This document shows positions 21,807-31,765 of a DNA stretch of 64,000 nucleotides, piece by piece (the first letter of the stretch is position 1; every line of letters begins with the position of its first letter). The translations under genes and the position numbers were made by a program. The stretch comes from an uncultured Gemmatimonadales bacterium. Lineage in GTDB: Bacteria; Gemmatimonadota; Gemmatimonadetes; Longimicrobiales; Gaopeijiaceae. The stretch spans positions 640,001-704,000 of the forward strand of contig CAWELD010000003.1 in assembly GCA_963809895.1 (NCBI GenBank), read 5' to 3'. The notes under the pieces were generated by a model. It was not told where the DNA came from, made no database searches, and was given only the letters and a program-made list of their open reading frames with translations.

Positions 21807-22934
21807 ATGTTCGCCGCTAGGTCTGCCACTACTCTTCTTGTCATGCTTGCGTTCACGTCTCCATACCCCGCCCAGGCCCAGCACCTCTCGCTTGAGCGGA
21901 TCTGGTCCGTCGGGTCGGCCTTCGGTTCAGAGTCAGAGACCTGGGTTCGCCTGGAGGACGCGACGGTGGTAGACGGCTATGTCGTTGCCGTGGATCCCTT
22001 CTTGCCAACCGTTAGGGTCTTTACGGTTCGGGGTGAGTACGTAGGCGAACTGGGTCGAACCGGGGCTGGCCCTGGAGAATACAGTGCTCCTGTTTCGGTT
22101 CACGCGGACGATGGTGGATTTCAGGTGCACGACCTTCAGCAGAGCCGTTCCGTTTGGTGGCGAATCACCGCCGATGGGATCGAGCACGACCAGACCACGC
22201 TGGAATACGAGCAACCGAACGCCCGGTGGCTTCGACCGGCGCGAGGTGGCGGGAGCGTCGTGTGGACCGTTCTGGTGGTGCGAAACAATCAACCCGAGGA
22301 CCACGTCGTGATGTTCGCGAACGGGTCGCGTGCCGACACCCTTGGGCATGTTGATCCAAACCCGATCCGGTACGTCCTGAGAGACATGGAGTCAGCCGGT
22401 GTAAGAACGAGCGGCAGGGCGAGCGCCTTCACGGCCGGCGGCGCCTGGCTATTGGGCGACTCACTGCTTGTTATCGTCGACGGGTGGACGAATCGTGCCA
22501 ACCTGTATCGGATGGACGCCGGTGGGCCGTCGCTCTCGAAGACTGTGACACCCCCGGCCGTGACAGCAGTCGCTCGCTCCAGGTCCGGCGACCAGGAGAA
22601 GCTCAAGCGCTGGTGGCTGCACCGAGGCGGAAATGAGAGCCTGGACGACACGGGGGTGCGCCGAGTCTTCATGCCCGACAGCGTCCCCATCTGGTCCAAA
22701 GTCGTCGGCGACGAAGAGGGCAACATCTGGCTCCGCGACGGCTCCGTTCAACGGCTACGAACTGAGAAAGGCGAGCACTGGCTGCGCTGGAACGTGGCGG
22801 ATGGCACGTTTACTTGGGTCGACGTGCCGTGGGGTGTCGAGGTCCTTCGCTTTCGCGACGGATACATGGTGGGTCGTGAAACGCTCGAATTCGGAACCTT
22901 GGGCCTCAGCCTGTTTCGTTTGATCGAGTCGTGA
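21807..22934 (+). CDS. 6-bladed beta-propeller exported protein
   Basis: Signal peptide ending AQA; LGRTGAGPGEY, GDEEGNIW. Confidence 0.75.
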   Translation: MFAARSATTLLVMLAFTSPYPAQAQHLSLERIWSVGSAFGSESETWVRLEDATVVDGYVVAVDPFLPTVRVFTVRGEYVGELGRTGAGPGEYSAPVSVHADDGGFQVHDLQQSRSVWWRITADGIEHDQTTLEYEQPNARWLRPARGGGSVVWTVLVVRNNQPEDHVVMFANGSRADTLGHVDPNPIRYVLRDMESAGVRTSGRASAFTAGGAWLLGDSLLVIVDGWTNRANLYRMDAGGPSLSKTVTPPAVTAVARSRSGDQEKLKRWWLHRGGNESLDDTGVRRVFMPDSVPIWSKVVGDEEGNIWLRDGSVQRLRTEKGEHWLRWNVADGTFTWVDVPWGVEVLRFRDGYMVGRETLEFGTLGLSLFRLIES

Positions 22935-23111
22935 AGTCGGAGGTCGGGGGGCACCTCTTGCGGCCCTTCAGCCGGCGCCACGGAACAGTGATTCTTGCGG
23001 CCGAGGTGCGATCCACGCAATCCTGCTCGCGGACCAGCCCCCCAGGACCGGTCCAAACCCTCGGTCGGGATGCGGGTGACTTCTCGGCACCCCGTTTCTG
23101 GTCCACTATAA

Positions 23112-24345
23112 CCCGGCTCATTCATGAGGGCAGGGACTGTTCGAGGATTTTGGCTTAAGGTTCCGGGAAGGGGGCGTGCGGTGGGAGTCTGAGCATCGCG
23201 AGGATAGAGACCCCCTTACCCCCATGGGGGTTGTGGAGGTGAGTGGATTCCCGGCCTGACTGGGGGACTACGCTGGAACAGGCAGGGCCGGGGCAGCGGG
23301 GGAACCGCGGGCGGGTGGCAGCGCCTGGAGGGCGGAGCGGAAGCGCTGCCAGAGGGGAGCACGAGCGGCGGCAATGACGACGGTGACATAGCCGCTGCCG
23401 AGGAGGACACGGGCGGCGGTCTTGAGGAGGAAGGTTCGGAACCGTTCGCGGCTCATGCGGACGTCGCGGTCGCGGCTGAGCAGATCGGCGCCGGCGGCGA
23501 GGATATTCGCGGCGAGAAGGCCCAGGAGGAGCTTTGCGTCGTTGGCGGCGAAGGTGTCGGGCTCGTCCTGCCGCGGCGTCCGGATCGGGCGTTCCCGGTA
23601 GTGGCTCTTGGGGCGTGGCGAGGAGGAGAGGGTGGGGCCGACGGTGCTCTTGAAGGCGCCGAAGTCGCCCTCGGCCGTGCCGCGACGGCGGTATCGAGCG
23701 AGGAGGTCGGACGCGCGCTCCTCGTGGGGCGAGGCGCTGGTGAGCAGAAAGAAGTGATCGAGGAAGAGATGCTGCTGTTCGTCGGGGCGCTCGAGCACGA
23801 CGAGGACGACGCGGCGCGCTCGGCTCCAAGTCCCGGCTTGGTAGGAGAGTTCGTGGAACCAGGTGCGGCCTCCGGCCGGAGGCCGCCCGGACGGGCGGCG
23901 CAGGAAGGGCTTGGCCATGCGCTCGAGCACGGAATTCGAGCGGAGGCGACAGACGTAGGGAATCCCCTCGTCCTCAAGGGTGTCGAGAAGGGTCGGGGCC
24001 GGGAATCCCGCATCGGCACGGAGCCAGACGCGGGGGACGAGGGTGCGGAGCCAGCGCAGGATCGGCAGCACAAAGTCGAGGCCGCCATCGGCCGTGTGCA
24101 CGTTGCCCTCCCGGAGCTGTCCGCCAAGGAAGTAGCGGCCTTCGACGCTGGCGACGAGAGGGTGGAAGCAGCGGATGCGGTAGTGGGCGTTGTAGGCCGT
24201 GCCGGGCTGATGGCCGTGGACCTCGTGGGGGAAGGAGTCCAGGTCCAGTGTGAACTCCCCGTCCGATCGGTTCAGGAGCGGCACGATGAGCTGACGGAGC
24301 AGGCACGCCAGACCCTCCCGGTTCGCCTCGCTGCCCAGGACGTAG
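23112..24345 (-). mobile_element. IS1380-family element, left end and transposase N-terminus deleted (transposase frame 23268-24345)
   Basis: LDLDS..HGHQ....NAHY, LRADAGF, YRRRG.AE, FAAN; IS1380-like end CCCGGCTCATTCAT at 23112. Confidence 0.8.
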
Positions 24346-25845
24346 CTCGCCAATACCCTGAGCGGCCACTACGGACAGGTGGTGTCAGCGCATCTGACCG
24401 CGGGTAGCACGGTGTTCATGGTCAACCACGTGCACCACCTGCCGCTTCGGTTCTTCGAGCGCATGCCCGTGGGCGACATCCTCTCACGCTTCGGAGACCT
24501 GCGCACGTCGCTGGCGTCCGTGCGGCGGCTCTTCGACCTGGTGTTCGTCCGGATGGTCTTCCTCGTGCTCATCCCCCCCATTCTCATCGCCATGAACTGG
24601 CGCCTGGCGCTGGTCGCGTTCGCGGCGGTCCCCCTCACCTGGGCCGCGAATGTGGCCACGGGTCGTGCCCTGCGGCGGAGATGGCGGCGGGTGGCGGAAT
24701 CCGGGGCGGAGCTGCGGGCCTTGAACATCGAGACCCTGAGTCACATTCGCCTCCTGAAGGGGATGGGCCTGGAGGGGGCGTCGTACCGGCGAACGGCCGA
24801 GACGGCCGGGGCGGCCAGAGCGGAGGCGCTGGACGCGGCTCGACTGAGTGTTGGGCTGGGCCTGCTGAACGGACTGGTTCGTACGGCCGGCTCCCTCCTG
24901 CTGACGTACGTGGGGTGGCGAATGATCCTCGCCGGGGGCCTTACCCTGGGCACCTTCATCGCGTTCATGGCCTACCTGGGGCGGGTACAGGGCCCCCTGT
25001 CGCAGATTTCATCGCGTTTCAGCGAGTTCCAACGGACGGCCATCACATTGGACCGCCTCTTCGAGCTGTTGGACGAGCCGACGGAAGCCGATCCCACGGT
25101 ACACTACGATGCGGCCTTCCGCCCCGCGCCGGTGCCCTTTGACGGGGCCATACGCGTCGAGAGGCTGCGGTTCGTCTACGAGCGGGGCGAGTTCTCCGTG
25201 GAGATACCCGAGCTGGATCTGCCGGCGGGCTCGGTCACGGGCCTGGTGGGGGCGAGCGGGTCCGGCAAGTCCACCTTGCTCCGCCTGCTGGCCGGGTTGG
25301 AGCGACCCACCGACGGGAGCATCCACTATGGCGCACACGCCCACTACGCGCTCCCACTTGCGTCGATACGCCGGAGTGTGGCGGTTGCGTGGCACACCCC
25401 GGACCTCCTCCGCGGCTCCCTTGGCAGCAACATCTTCTACGGCCTCGAGAGCGTGGACGACGCGCGGTTGGCGGAGGTGCTCGCGGTCTGTCGACTGGAA
25501 TCGTTGGTAGCGTCGCTCCCCGAAGGCCTGGACACGCCCGTGGCCGAGTGGGGCTCCACGCTCTCCGCCGGCCAGCAGCAGCGCCTGTCCCTGGCGCGGG
25601 CTCTCGTGCGGGACGCGCCAGTGGTCCTTCTGGACGAGGTGACGTCGAATCTTGATCCCGAAACCGAGGCCGAGCTCATGCCCGGTCTCATCCGACTGCT
25701 GAGAGGCCGGACGGTCGTGCTTGCCAGCCACCGAGCCTCGACCGTGGCTTTCGCCGACCGGACCTGCCGCATGGTGGGCGGCCGAGTGGTGGGAGTGACG
25801 GGCGAGGAGACGGCGCGGCGAACCCATGTGGCGGCCGCTGGCTGA
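24346..25845 (+). pseudogene. PCAT/bacteriocin-exporter-like ABC transporter, N-terminally truncated
   Basis: HLPLRFFERMPVGDILSRF TMD motif; GASGSGKST, LSAGQQQR, LLDE, SHR; starts mid-TMD at the IS1380 junction. Confidence 0.8.
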
Positions 25846-25859
25846 GCAAGGAGGTGACC

Positions 25860-26360
25860 ATGTCGGGGTTGCTCGTGATTTCGCCACTGCGTCTGCCCGA
25901 ACTCGGTCGCGATCCGGGCAGGGGATTCCCACTGCCTCGAAGCCTTCTGCTCGGCTCCTGCACCCTGCTGGTCCTGACACTCGGCGCTGCTGCATTGGTC
26001 CTTCCGGCTGGTCAGGGCGCTGCCGCCGTCACGATGACCGGACGGATCGAGCGTGCCACGCGGGTGAGATTCACACTTCCTCCGGGCACGTCGAGAAGAC
26101 TCACGCCGGGTGAATCGCTCATCCTGCGCCTCGCCACCAACCCAGCGGAGGAGGGCCGCCGCGTGCGGGGGCGCGTTGCGGAGGCCGCGCCCGTGCAGTC
26201 GCCTGAAGGGCCGACGACGACGGAAGTGGTCGTGGCTCTGGATGGCCCCGAGCGATGGGATTTCCCTCCTGGAGCAATGCTCACCGTCGAGCTTCCCGCC
26301 GGGCCGAACGTGGGGATGGGTGGTATGGTTCAACGTCTTCAGTCAAGGCTCCTTCGATGA
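25860..26360 (+). CDS. Short membrane-anchored HlyD-like adaptor (TM plus beta-barrel only)
   Basis: One TM helix, then GRVAEAAP..EVVVALD..PGAMLTVEL pattern; between the ABC and S8 genes, with RBS AAGGAGG. Confidence 0.45.
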   Translation: MSGLLVISPLRLPELGRDPGRGFPLPRSLLLGSCTLLVLTLGAAALVLPAGQGAAAVTMTGRIERATRVRFTLPPGTSRRLTPGESLILRLATNPAEEGRRVRGRVAEAAPVQSPEGPTTTEVVVALDGPERWDFPPGAMLTVELPAGPNVGMGGMVQRLQSRLLR

Positions 26361-27100
26361 CCAGCGCAGAAGCCAGCGCCGCGCTGGTGCGGGCGCGGGG
26401 TCGGGATGTCCGCGTGGCCGTCGTTGACAGTGGCTGGCCCGCCGATGTCACACACCCGCAGATCCTCCCGATGGCGGATGCGCCCGGCTCCGAGTCCGGC
26501 GACAGGGTGGGGCACGGGACCCTCTGCGCCCTCCGGGTGCTTCAGGTCGCGCCTGGAGCCCAGGTGGTGCCCGTGCGGGTCTTTCACAACCGCCTCGAAA
26601 CCTCTGTGCCGGAACTGTGCCAGGGAATCGAGGCGGCCGTGGAGTTCGGCGCCCGCATCGTCAATCTCAGCCTCGCCACCCGTCGCGAGGACGCGCTCCG
26701 CCCCCTCTACCAGCGCTGCGAGGACGCCAGGCGCCGAGGGGTGATCGTGGTGGCGGCGGCGCACAATATGGGCGGACGCGCGTTCCCCGCATACTTGGAG
26801 CCCGCGCTCTCCGTGGGAGCGGGCCCGCAGACGCATCTCCTGGACTTCACGTTCGAGCCGGATGAGGTCATCGAGTGCACGACAGCATCCTCTGGCGTGC
26901 CGATCGCGGGGGTGGACGGCCGACCGATCTGCCGGCACGGAAGCAGCATTGCCGCCGCTACGCTCTCTGGCATCGTGGCGCGCGTGCTGGAGATCGGCGC
27001 CGGCGATCTGGATGAGGTACGGATCTGGCTCGCCCGGGTCGCTCGACCGGGTAGCCGGCGCCCACCGACCGAACACAACTCCGTCGGGAGTGAACGATGA
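26357..27100 (+). CDS. Minimal S8 (subtilisin-like) serine peptidase, no signal peptide
   Basis: VAVVDSG, GHGT, VNLS, AAAHN, GSSIAA catalytic motifs; ATGA overlaps with both neighbours. Confidence 0.88.
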   Translation: MTSAEASAALVRARGRDVRVAVVDSGWPADVTHPQILPMADAPGSESGDRVGHGTLCALRVLQVAPGAQVVPVRVFHNRLETSVPELCQGIEAAVEFGARIVNLSLATRREDALRPLYQRCEDARRRGVIVVAAAHNMGGRAFPAYLEPALSVGAGPQTHLLDFTFEPDEVIECTTASSGVPIAGVDGRPICRHGSSIAAATLSGIVARVLEIGAGDLDEVRIWLARVARPGSRRPPTEHNSVGSER

Positions 27101-28395
27101 GCAAACGCAGGCAGCGCGGAGTGTACGTCGTATTCGTCACGACGCTTTTGGGGAGTGCATTGGTGAACTCCGGCTGTGAGTCCTCGGCAGGGGGGCCCGA
27201 GCCGACCACAATGGAAGAGTGGTCCACAGCGGGTGGCCTCCGTTTCGGTGATCTGGACGACCCGGACTACTCCTTCGGCGTCATGGGTGCGATCGCGGTG
27301 GCGTCCGACGGTTCCATGTTCACGGCGCACCCTCGTGAAGGCGAGATCCGCGAATGGACGGTGGACGGGAAGCCGGCGGGAAAGCTTGGGGGACGAGGCC
27401 AGGGACCAGGTGAGTTTACGGGGCTGGGCGACATCGGGCTCAGCGGGGACACCTTGTGGGCCATGGATCGACGGACGCAGCGCGTGACCTATTTCGATCC
27501 GGAGGGCAAGGTCGCTCGCACCGTTCCTCTCACCGTCGACACGCGGGGCCAGACGAGCGACCCGACACTGGGCAATCCCCGGCCCAGCGATCCGCTGCCT
27601 GACGGCACGTTCTACGGGCAACAGTCCGGCATCCTCCCGCAGATGGCGGGGCGCGACACGACCTTCATCCTCCACCTCCATCTCGATGCGCGCTCACGCG
27701 TCCTGGACACGGTGCTGGCGCAGCCCATCCTCCGGCGGGATCGCATGGCTGTCCAGCCGGCACCGGGTTCGCGCCGGTGGCTGTACGGCTCGCAGCCGTT
27801 CGCGGGGTCCCCACTCACCTCGTTCGAGCCCGGCCAGCAGGCCGTCGTGGTCGTGGATCGGCGAACGCACCAGGGTCAGGGGCTTGCCTCCTTCTCCGTG
27901 ACCAAGGTGTCCATGACCGGCGACACGATCTTCCGGCGGGAGATTCCGTACGTGCCCGAACCCGTGGACCAGGAGACGGTCGATCGCGTCGTGGACGCCG
28001 ACGTCCGCCAATGGTTGGCGCAACAACGCCCGGATGGCGACCTGGATCAATCAAGGCTCGAGGAACTCGCCCGGGGGGCGCTCTACGTCCCGACCTACTA
28101 TCCGCCGGTATCATTTGTCGTCATGGGGCGCGACGGGACGATCTGGCTGCGGGACGAGCGCCCCACATCCGCCGAGATCGGGTGGACAGTTCTGGACAGC
28201 GATGGCCGGCCTCTGGCCCGGATTCGCCTGTCGACGATCTTCCAGATGAAGGTCGCCGATCGTGACGCAGTCTGGGGTCTAACGTCGGATCGGGCCGGAG
28301 TGTCCTATGTCATCCGCTATGATCTCAGACACGCGCCGGCGCCTGCGGATGGCACTGCGGCCGGCGCGGGTGACTCGGACGGCGAATCCCCCTGA
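27097..28395 (+). CDS. 6-bladed beta-propeller lipoprotein
   Basis: Lipobox VNSGC; LGGRGQGPGEF, GRDGTIW, DRAGVSYVIRY. Confidence 0.78.
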   Translation: MSKRRQRGVYVVFVTTLLGSALVNSGCESSAGGPEPTTMEEWSTAGGLRFGDLDDPDYSFGVMGAIAVASDGSMFTAHPREGEIREWTVDGKPAGKLGGRGQGPGEFTGLGDIGLSGDTLWAMDRRTQRVTYFDPEGKVARTVPLTVDTRGQTSDPTLGNPRPSDPLPDGTFYGQQSGILPQMAGRDTTFILHLHLDARSRVLDTVLAQPILRRDRMAVQPAPGSRRWLYGSQPFAGSPLTSFEPGQQAVVVVDRRTHQGQGLASFSVTKVSMTGDTIFRREIPYVPEPVDQETVDRVVDADVRQWLAQQRPDGDLDQSRLEELARGALYVPTYYPPVSFVVMGRDGTIWLRDERPTSAEIGWTVLDSDGRPLARIRLSTIFQMKVADRDAVWGLTSDRAGVSYVIRYDLRHAPAPADGTAAGAGDSDGESP

Positions 28396-28487
28396 TCCGC
28401 CGCTGCCTCGGCGCCCGGAGAACCACACGTATTGGCGACCTGGGGGCAAGCACCGCTCACAAGGGACGAGCTCTCTCGGGCTTCTTC

Positions 28488-29348
28488 CTATCGGTCCATC
28501 CGGATGAAGCCGAGAGCATCGAGAAGCGGAGCCGCAAGCTCGATCAGCGGACGCTGCCGCAGGGTCGGAAGAGTTTGATCGTAGGTGCGGGCAATTCTCT
28601 TCCGCAGCGCAGCGGCCGAAGACACACCAAAGCGAGGATAGAGGGCCTTGAGCGAGATCTGGTTGAGGTAGACGAACAAGTGTAGGCACAGGTTCGCGCG
28701 AGCCATGTAGTCCAGCCGCACCCCCGCCTCCTTCGCGAAGCGCTCCAGGTCCCGCTGGCCCCACGCGCTCATCGCCACCAGGTCCCGCGCCACCTCGGAC
28801 GGGAATCCGGCGCGTCCTGTTGGAGGCGGCCACGACGTGATCGCTGTAGCCACGACGCGCTTGAGGGGCATCCTCCAACCTGATGCCTCCACCAATTCCC
28901 CAATACGGGTGAATAAGGCAGACGAAGCGCCTTCGATGATCCGGCGCCGAAGCTGATCGTCGTCTACGCCGGCAGCGAGAAACAGTCGGCCCGCCGAGGC
29001 TCCTGAACGCCTCGCGGCCTCACGGAACCGGCTCGGGTGGGCCCGTAGAAGAAAGGGCACGCACCTCTCTCTTGCACTGTCTGCGATCTTCGACAATCCC
29101 TCCAAAGCGGTATCAGGGCCGTCGCGTCCCATGTCGAAGATGACGATGGATGCCCCAGACACGCAGGCCAGTGCCCGGTCCGGGTCGGGCATGACCTCCA
29201 CCAACCACTCCCGTGGGAGGATCCTTGTGAGATCCGACTGGGAGTCGAGTCGCACGACCAAGACCTTCCCTGGGTCGCCCGGGCGTAGGCCACGATCGGT
29301 GATTCCGAGCTTCTTCAACTGTTTCCTGAGGTGTTGATGCATCCGCAC
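28488..29348 (-). CDS. Hypothetical protein, possible degenerate receiver plus AraC-like HTH regulator
   Basis: SIVIFD strand in the N-terminal part; C-terminal FGVSSAAALRKRIARTYDQTLPTLR resembles the second AraC HTH. Confidence 0.4.
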   Translation of the reverse strand: MRMHQHLRKQLKKLGITDRGLRPGDPGKVLVVRLDSQSDLTRILPREWLVEVMPDPDRALACVSGASIVIFDMGRDGPDTALEGLSKIADSARERCVPFLLRAHPSRFREAARRSGASAGRLFLAAGVDDDQLRRRIIEGASSALFTRIGELVEASGWRMPLKRVVATAITSWPPPTGRAGFPSEVARDLVAMSAWGQRDLERFAKEAGVRLDYMARANLCLHLFVYLNQISLKALYPRFGVSSAAALRKRIARTYDQTLPTLRQRPLIELAAPLLDALGFIRMDR

Positions 29349-29470
29349 CGCCGGCTATCCTCAGGGAGGGTAATCGCATCATACATGCACGTGAACGCGA
29401 GACACAAGTGTAGTGTTTATGCCGCCGTCGAAACGCCCGGGCCAGTCACCGCCCAGAGGCCGAACCCGTG

Positions 29471-30928
29471 TCATGCCGACCCCGGCTCCCTGGTGGAGGC
29501 CCACGGCCCGGGAAGCCTGACACGCCCGCCTGCGAGTTGCCGCGCGGCTCGCGCGTTCCACTCACCCCCTCGAAAGATCGAATCCACATCTAACACTCTC
29601 CGTCGGACGCGACATTTCTGCTTCGACCGCAACGGAGTCTCTCCGAGGCAACCAGTTGGCGCACGCAACCCCTTCAGGTAGGTGATGACGGGCGCCGCAC
29701 CCGAGGAGGGTTCCTCTGGGCCCGCGTCCTCGACCGCGTAGCGCAGGACGTAGGGCACGCCCAGCTCGTCGGTGGTGACGCCCCAGACCGCGTCGCGGGT
29801 GGCGTCCAGGATGCGGAAGTCGGCGGGCGCCTGCACCCGGGCCCCGAGCCGGCCGGCGGTATCGAAGACATCCCAATCCCGCACGGGGTCGCCGGAGACC
29901 TTTTCGCGCGCCACCCACACCGTGCCGTCACGTCCTACGGTCAGGTCGCTTGCGGGAGGATAGGTGGCCGGGAGGAAGATGGTCCGGCGCAGCTCCGACT
30001 CGCTCACGGTGGGATTGGCCCAGGCCTGGATTACCGTGTCCTGAAACGCACGATCGACCGGCCGAGGGTCGTACGGCACGCGCACCGAGAACGTCGTGTC
30101 GCCGGAGAGGGCGACTCGCGTGACCCCATAGGTGGGCCGAGGGTCGTCGGGGACCACACGCCGATCCACCAGGACCACGGATCGGCCATCCGGCGCGAGC
30201 TGCCAGAGCGTCACGTCGGACCAGAGTTGTGGAAAGACCGAGACTCCCTGAATCTCTCCACCGCTGAGCTGGGTGAAGACGGCGCGGTCATGGGCCGCGT
30301 AGCGCGTCGCGATCGGCGTCGTCCGGTTCTGGCTCGGGGACTGGAGTAGGAGCGGGAAGGGGTAATCCGAGCCTTCGAGATCGGAGCCGAACGCGGCGCT
30401 GGTGGCGATCACCACGGCGTGGCCGGGGGCCAGGACGCCGGATGGCCCCTGGACACCCTCGGCGAGCCCCTGGGCCTGCTCCATGGGAAAGTCGTTCAGG
30501 AAGGTCCCGGCCGTATCGAACAGGCTGAAGCGCCGAGCCCGGTTGTCCGCGACCCACAGCGTATCCCCGAGGAACCCCATGGCCGAGACGCCGGCGAACT
30601 CACCCGGGCCGTCGCCCCTGCGACCGACCCGGCGTACCAGCTGGCCCCGGGCGTCGAATACGCGGACCTGACCATCCGGGGGCTGTGCGACCCACACCCG
30701 CCCTCCGGGACCGACGGCCAGGGTGTTCACGTTCACGAGAGCCTGCGCGGTATCGTCGAGACTGCCGATCCGCACCGCCGGCTCCGTCGCCAGGCGGCGT
30801 CGGTCGGGAGCGGACGATGTGGTGCGGTCGCCGCCGCACGCAGCCAGGAGGAGGAGCGTCGGGCCGAACAGGGCCACGACGAGCCATGGAATCGGCGCGG
30901 TCCGAGGAGGTGTGACGAATTTTCGCAT
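29471..30928 (-). CDS. 6-bladed beta-propeller lipoprotein (last ~80 aa probably a non-homologous extension)
   Basis: Lipobox LLAAC; VGRRGDGPGEF, GRDGTVW, DELGVPYVLRY. Confidence 0.8.
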   Translation of the reverse strand: MRKFVTPPRTAPIPWLVVALFGPTLLLLAACGGDRTTSSAPDRRRLATEPAVRIGSLDDTAQALVNVNTLAVGPGGRVWVAQPPDGQVRVFDARGQLVRRVGRRGDGPGEFAGVSAMGFLGDTLWVADNRARRFSLFDTAGTFLNDFPMEQAQGLAEGVQGPSGVLAPGHAVVIATSAAFGSDLEGSDYPFPLLLQSPSQNRTTPIATRYAAHDRAVFTQLSGGEIQGVSVFPQLWSDVTLWQLAPDGRSVVLVDRRVVPDDPRPTYGVTRVALSGDTTFSVRVPYDPRPVDRAFQDTVIQAWANPTVSESELRRTIFLPATYPPASDLTVGRDGTVWVAREKVSGDPVRDWDVFDTAGRLGARVQAPADFRILDATRDAVWGVTTDELGVPYVLRYAVEDAGPEEPSSGAAPVITYLKGLRAPTGCLGETPLRSKQKCRVRRRVLDVDSIFRGGEWNARAARQLAGGRVRLPGPWASTREPGSA

Positions 30929-31114
30929 CGGGCTTTCACCAAGGTCGGGACGTGTTCATGAACACACGCAAACTACGAAGACATTCGTAATAAGACCAGA
31001 CATCGGGGGGATTTCCCTCATCGGGCCAGGTGCGACCGATGGGGCCCGAGGCCCGTGCCCGGAGGGCTGCCCGGGGGTGGCCCGGGACTCGCCGCTCCGG
31101 TACCTTTCGGCGTC

Positions 31115-31765
31115 ATGGCCCTTGCCTTCTTCATACCGCTTCTGCTGGTCTCGGTGGTGGCGCACGAGGTGGCCCACGCCTGGCAGGCCCGGAGGGAAGG
31201 GGACCGGACGGCGGAGGCCCAGGGACGCATCACCCTGAACCCGATCCCGCACCTGGACCTGTGGGGGTCCTTCCTGGTGCCCGCGCTCCTCTATGTGGGA
31301 GGCGGCGTGGTCTTCGGCTGGGCCAAGCCGGTGCCCGTGGATCCCCGGAACTTCCGCAGCCACCCATGGAGTGACATTCGCGTCTCGTTGGCGGGAATCG
31401 TCGCGAATCTGATCCTGGCGTGTGCCTTCACGCTGCTCGCGGCGGGAGCCGCATGGGGCGCCGGTGCCTTCCCGGCTCTGGCCGGGGCCCTGGACATCAC
31501 GCGCAGGGCCCTGTTCGACGGTATCTTCCTGAACCTGATCCTGGCCTTCTTCAACCTCCTGCCCATCCCGCCGCTGGACGGATCCCACGTGCTCTACCAC
31601 CTCCTGCCACCGGGGCTCCGGGACGGGTATCGCCGCATCGGTCGCGTGGGCATCCTGCTGCTCATGGCCATCGTGTTCTTTCTGCCCGGGCTCCTGCAGA
31701 CGCTCCTGAGCCCGGTCTACACGCTCATGGGCGTCGCCGACGCCTTCGTGCGCCTGTGGATCTGA
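31115..31765 (+). CDS. Site-2 protease (M50) family protein
   Basis: HEVAH, GRITLNP, FNLLPIPPLDG. Confidence 0.92.
   Translation: MALAFFIPLLLVSVVAHEVAHAWQARREGDRTAEAQGRITLNPIPHLDLWGSFLVPALLYVGGGVVFGWAKPVPVDPRNFRSHPWSDIRVSLAGIVANLILACAFTLLAAGAAWGAGAFPALAGALDITRRALFDGIFLNLILAFFNLLPIPPLDGSHVLYHLLPPGLRDGYRRIGRVGILLLMAIVFFLPGLLQTLLSPVYTLMGVADAFVRLWI

Noticed and set aside
29588..29662. ATCTAAC...GTTGGCG as another attC
   Set aside because: R boxes are not complementary and there is no internal palindrome
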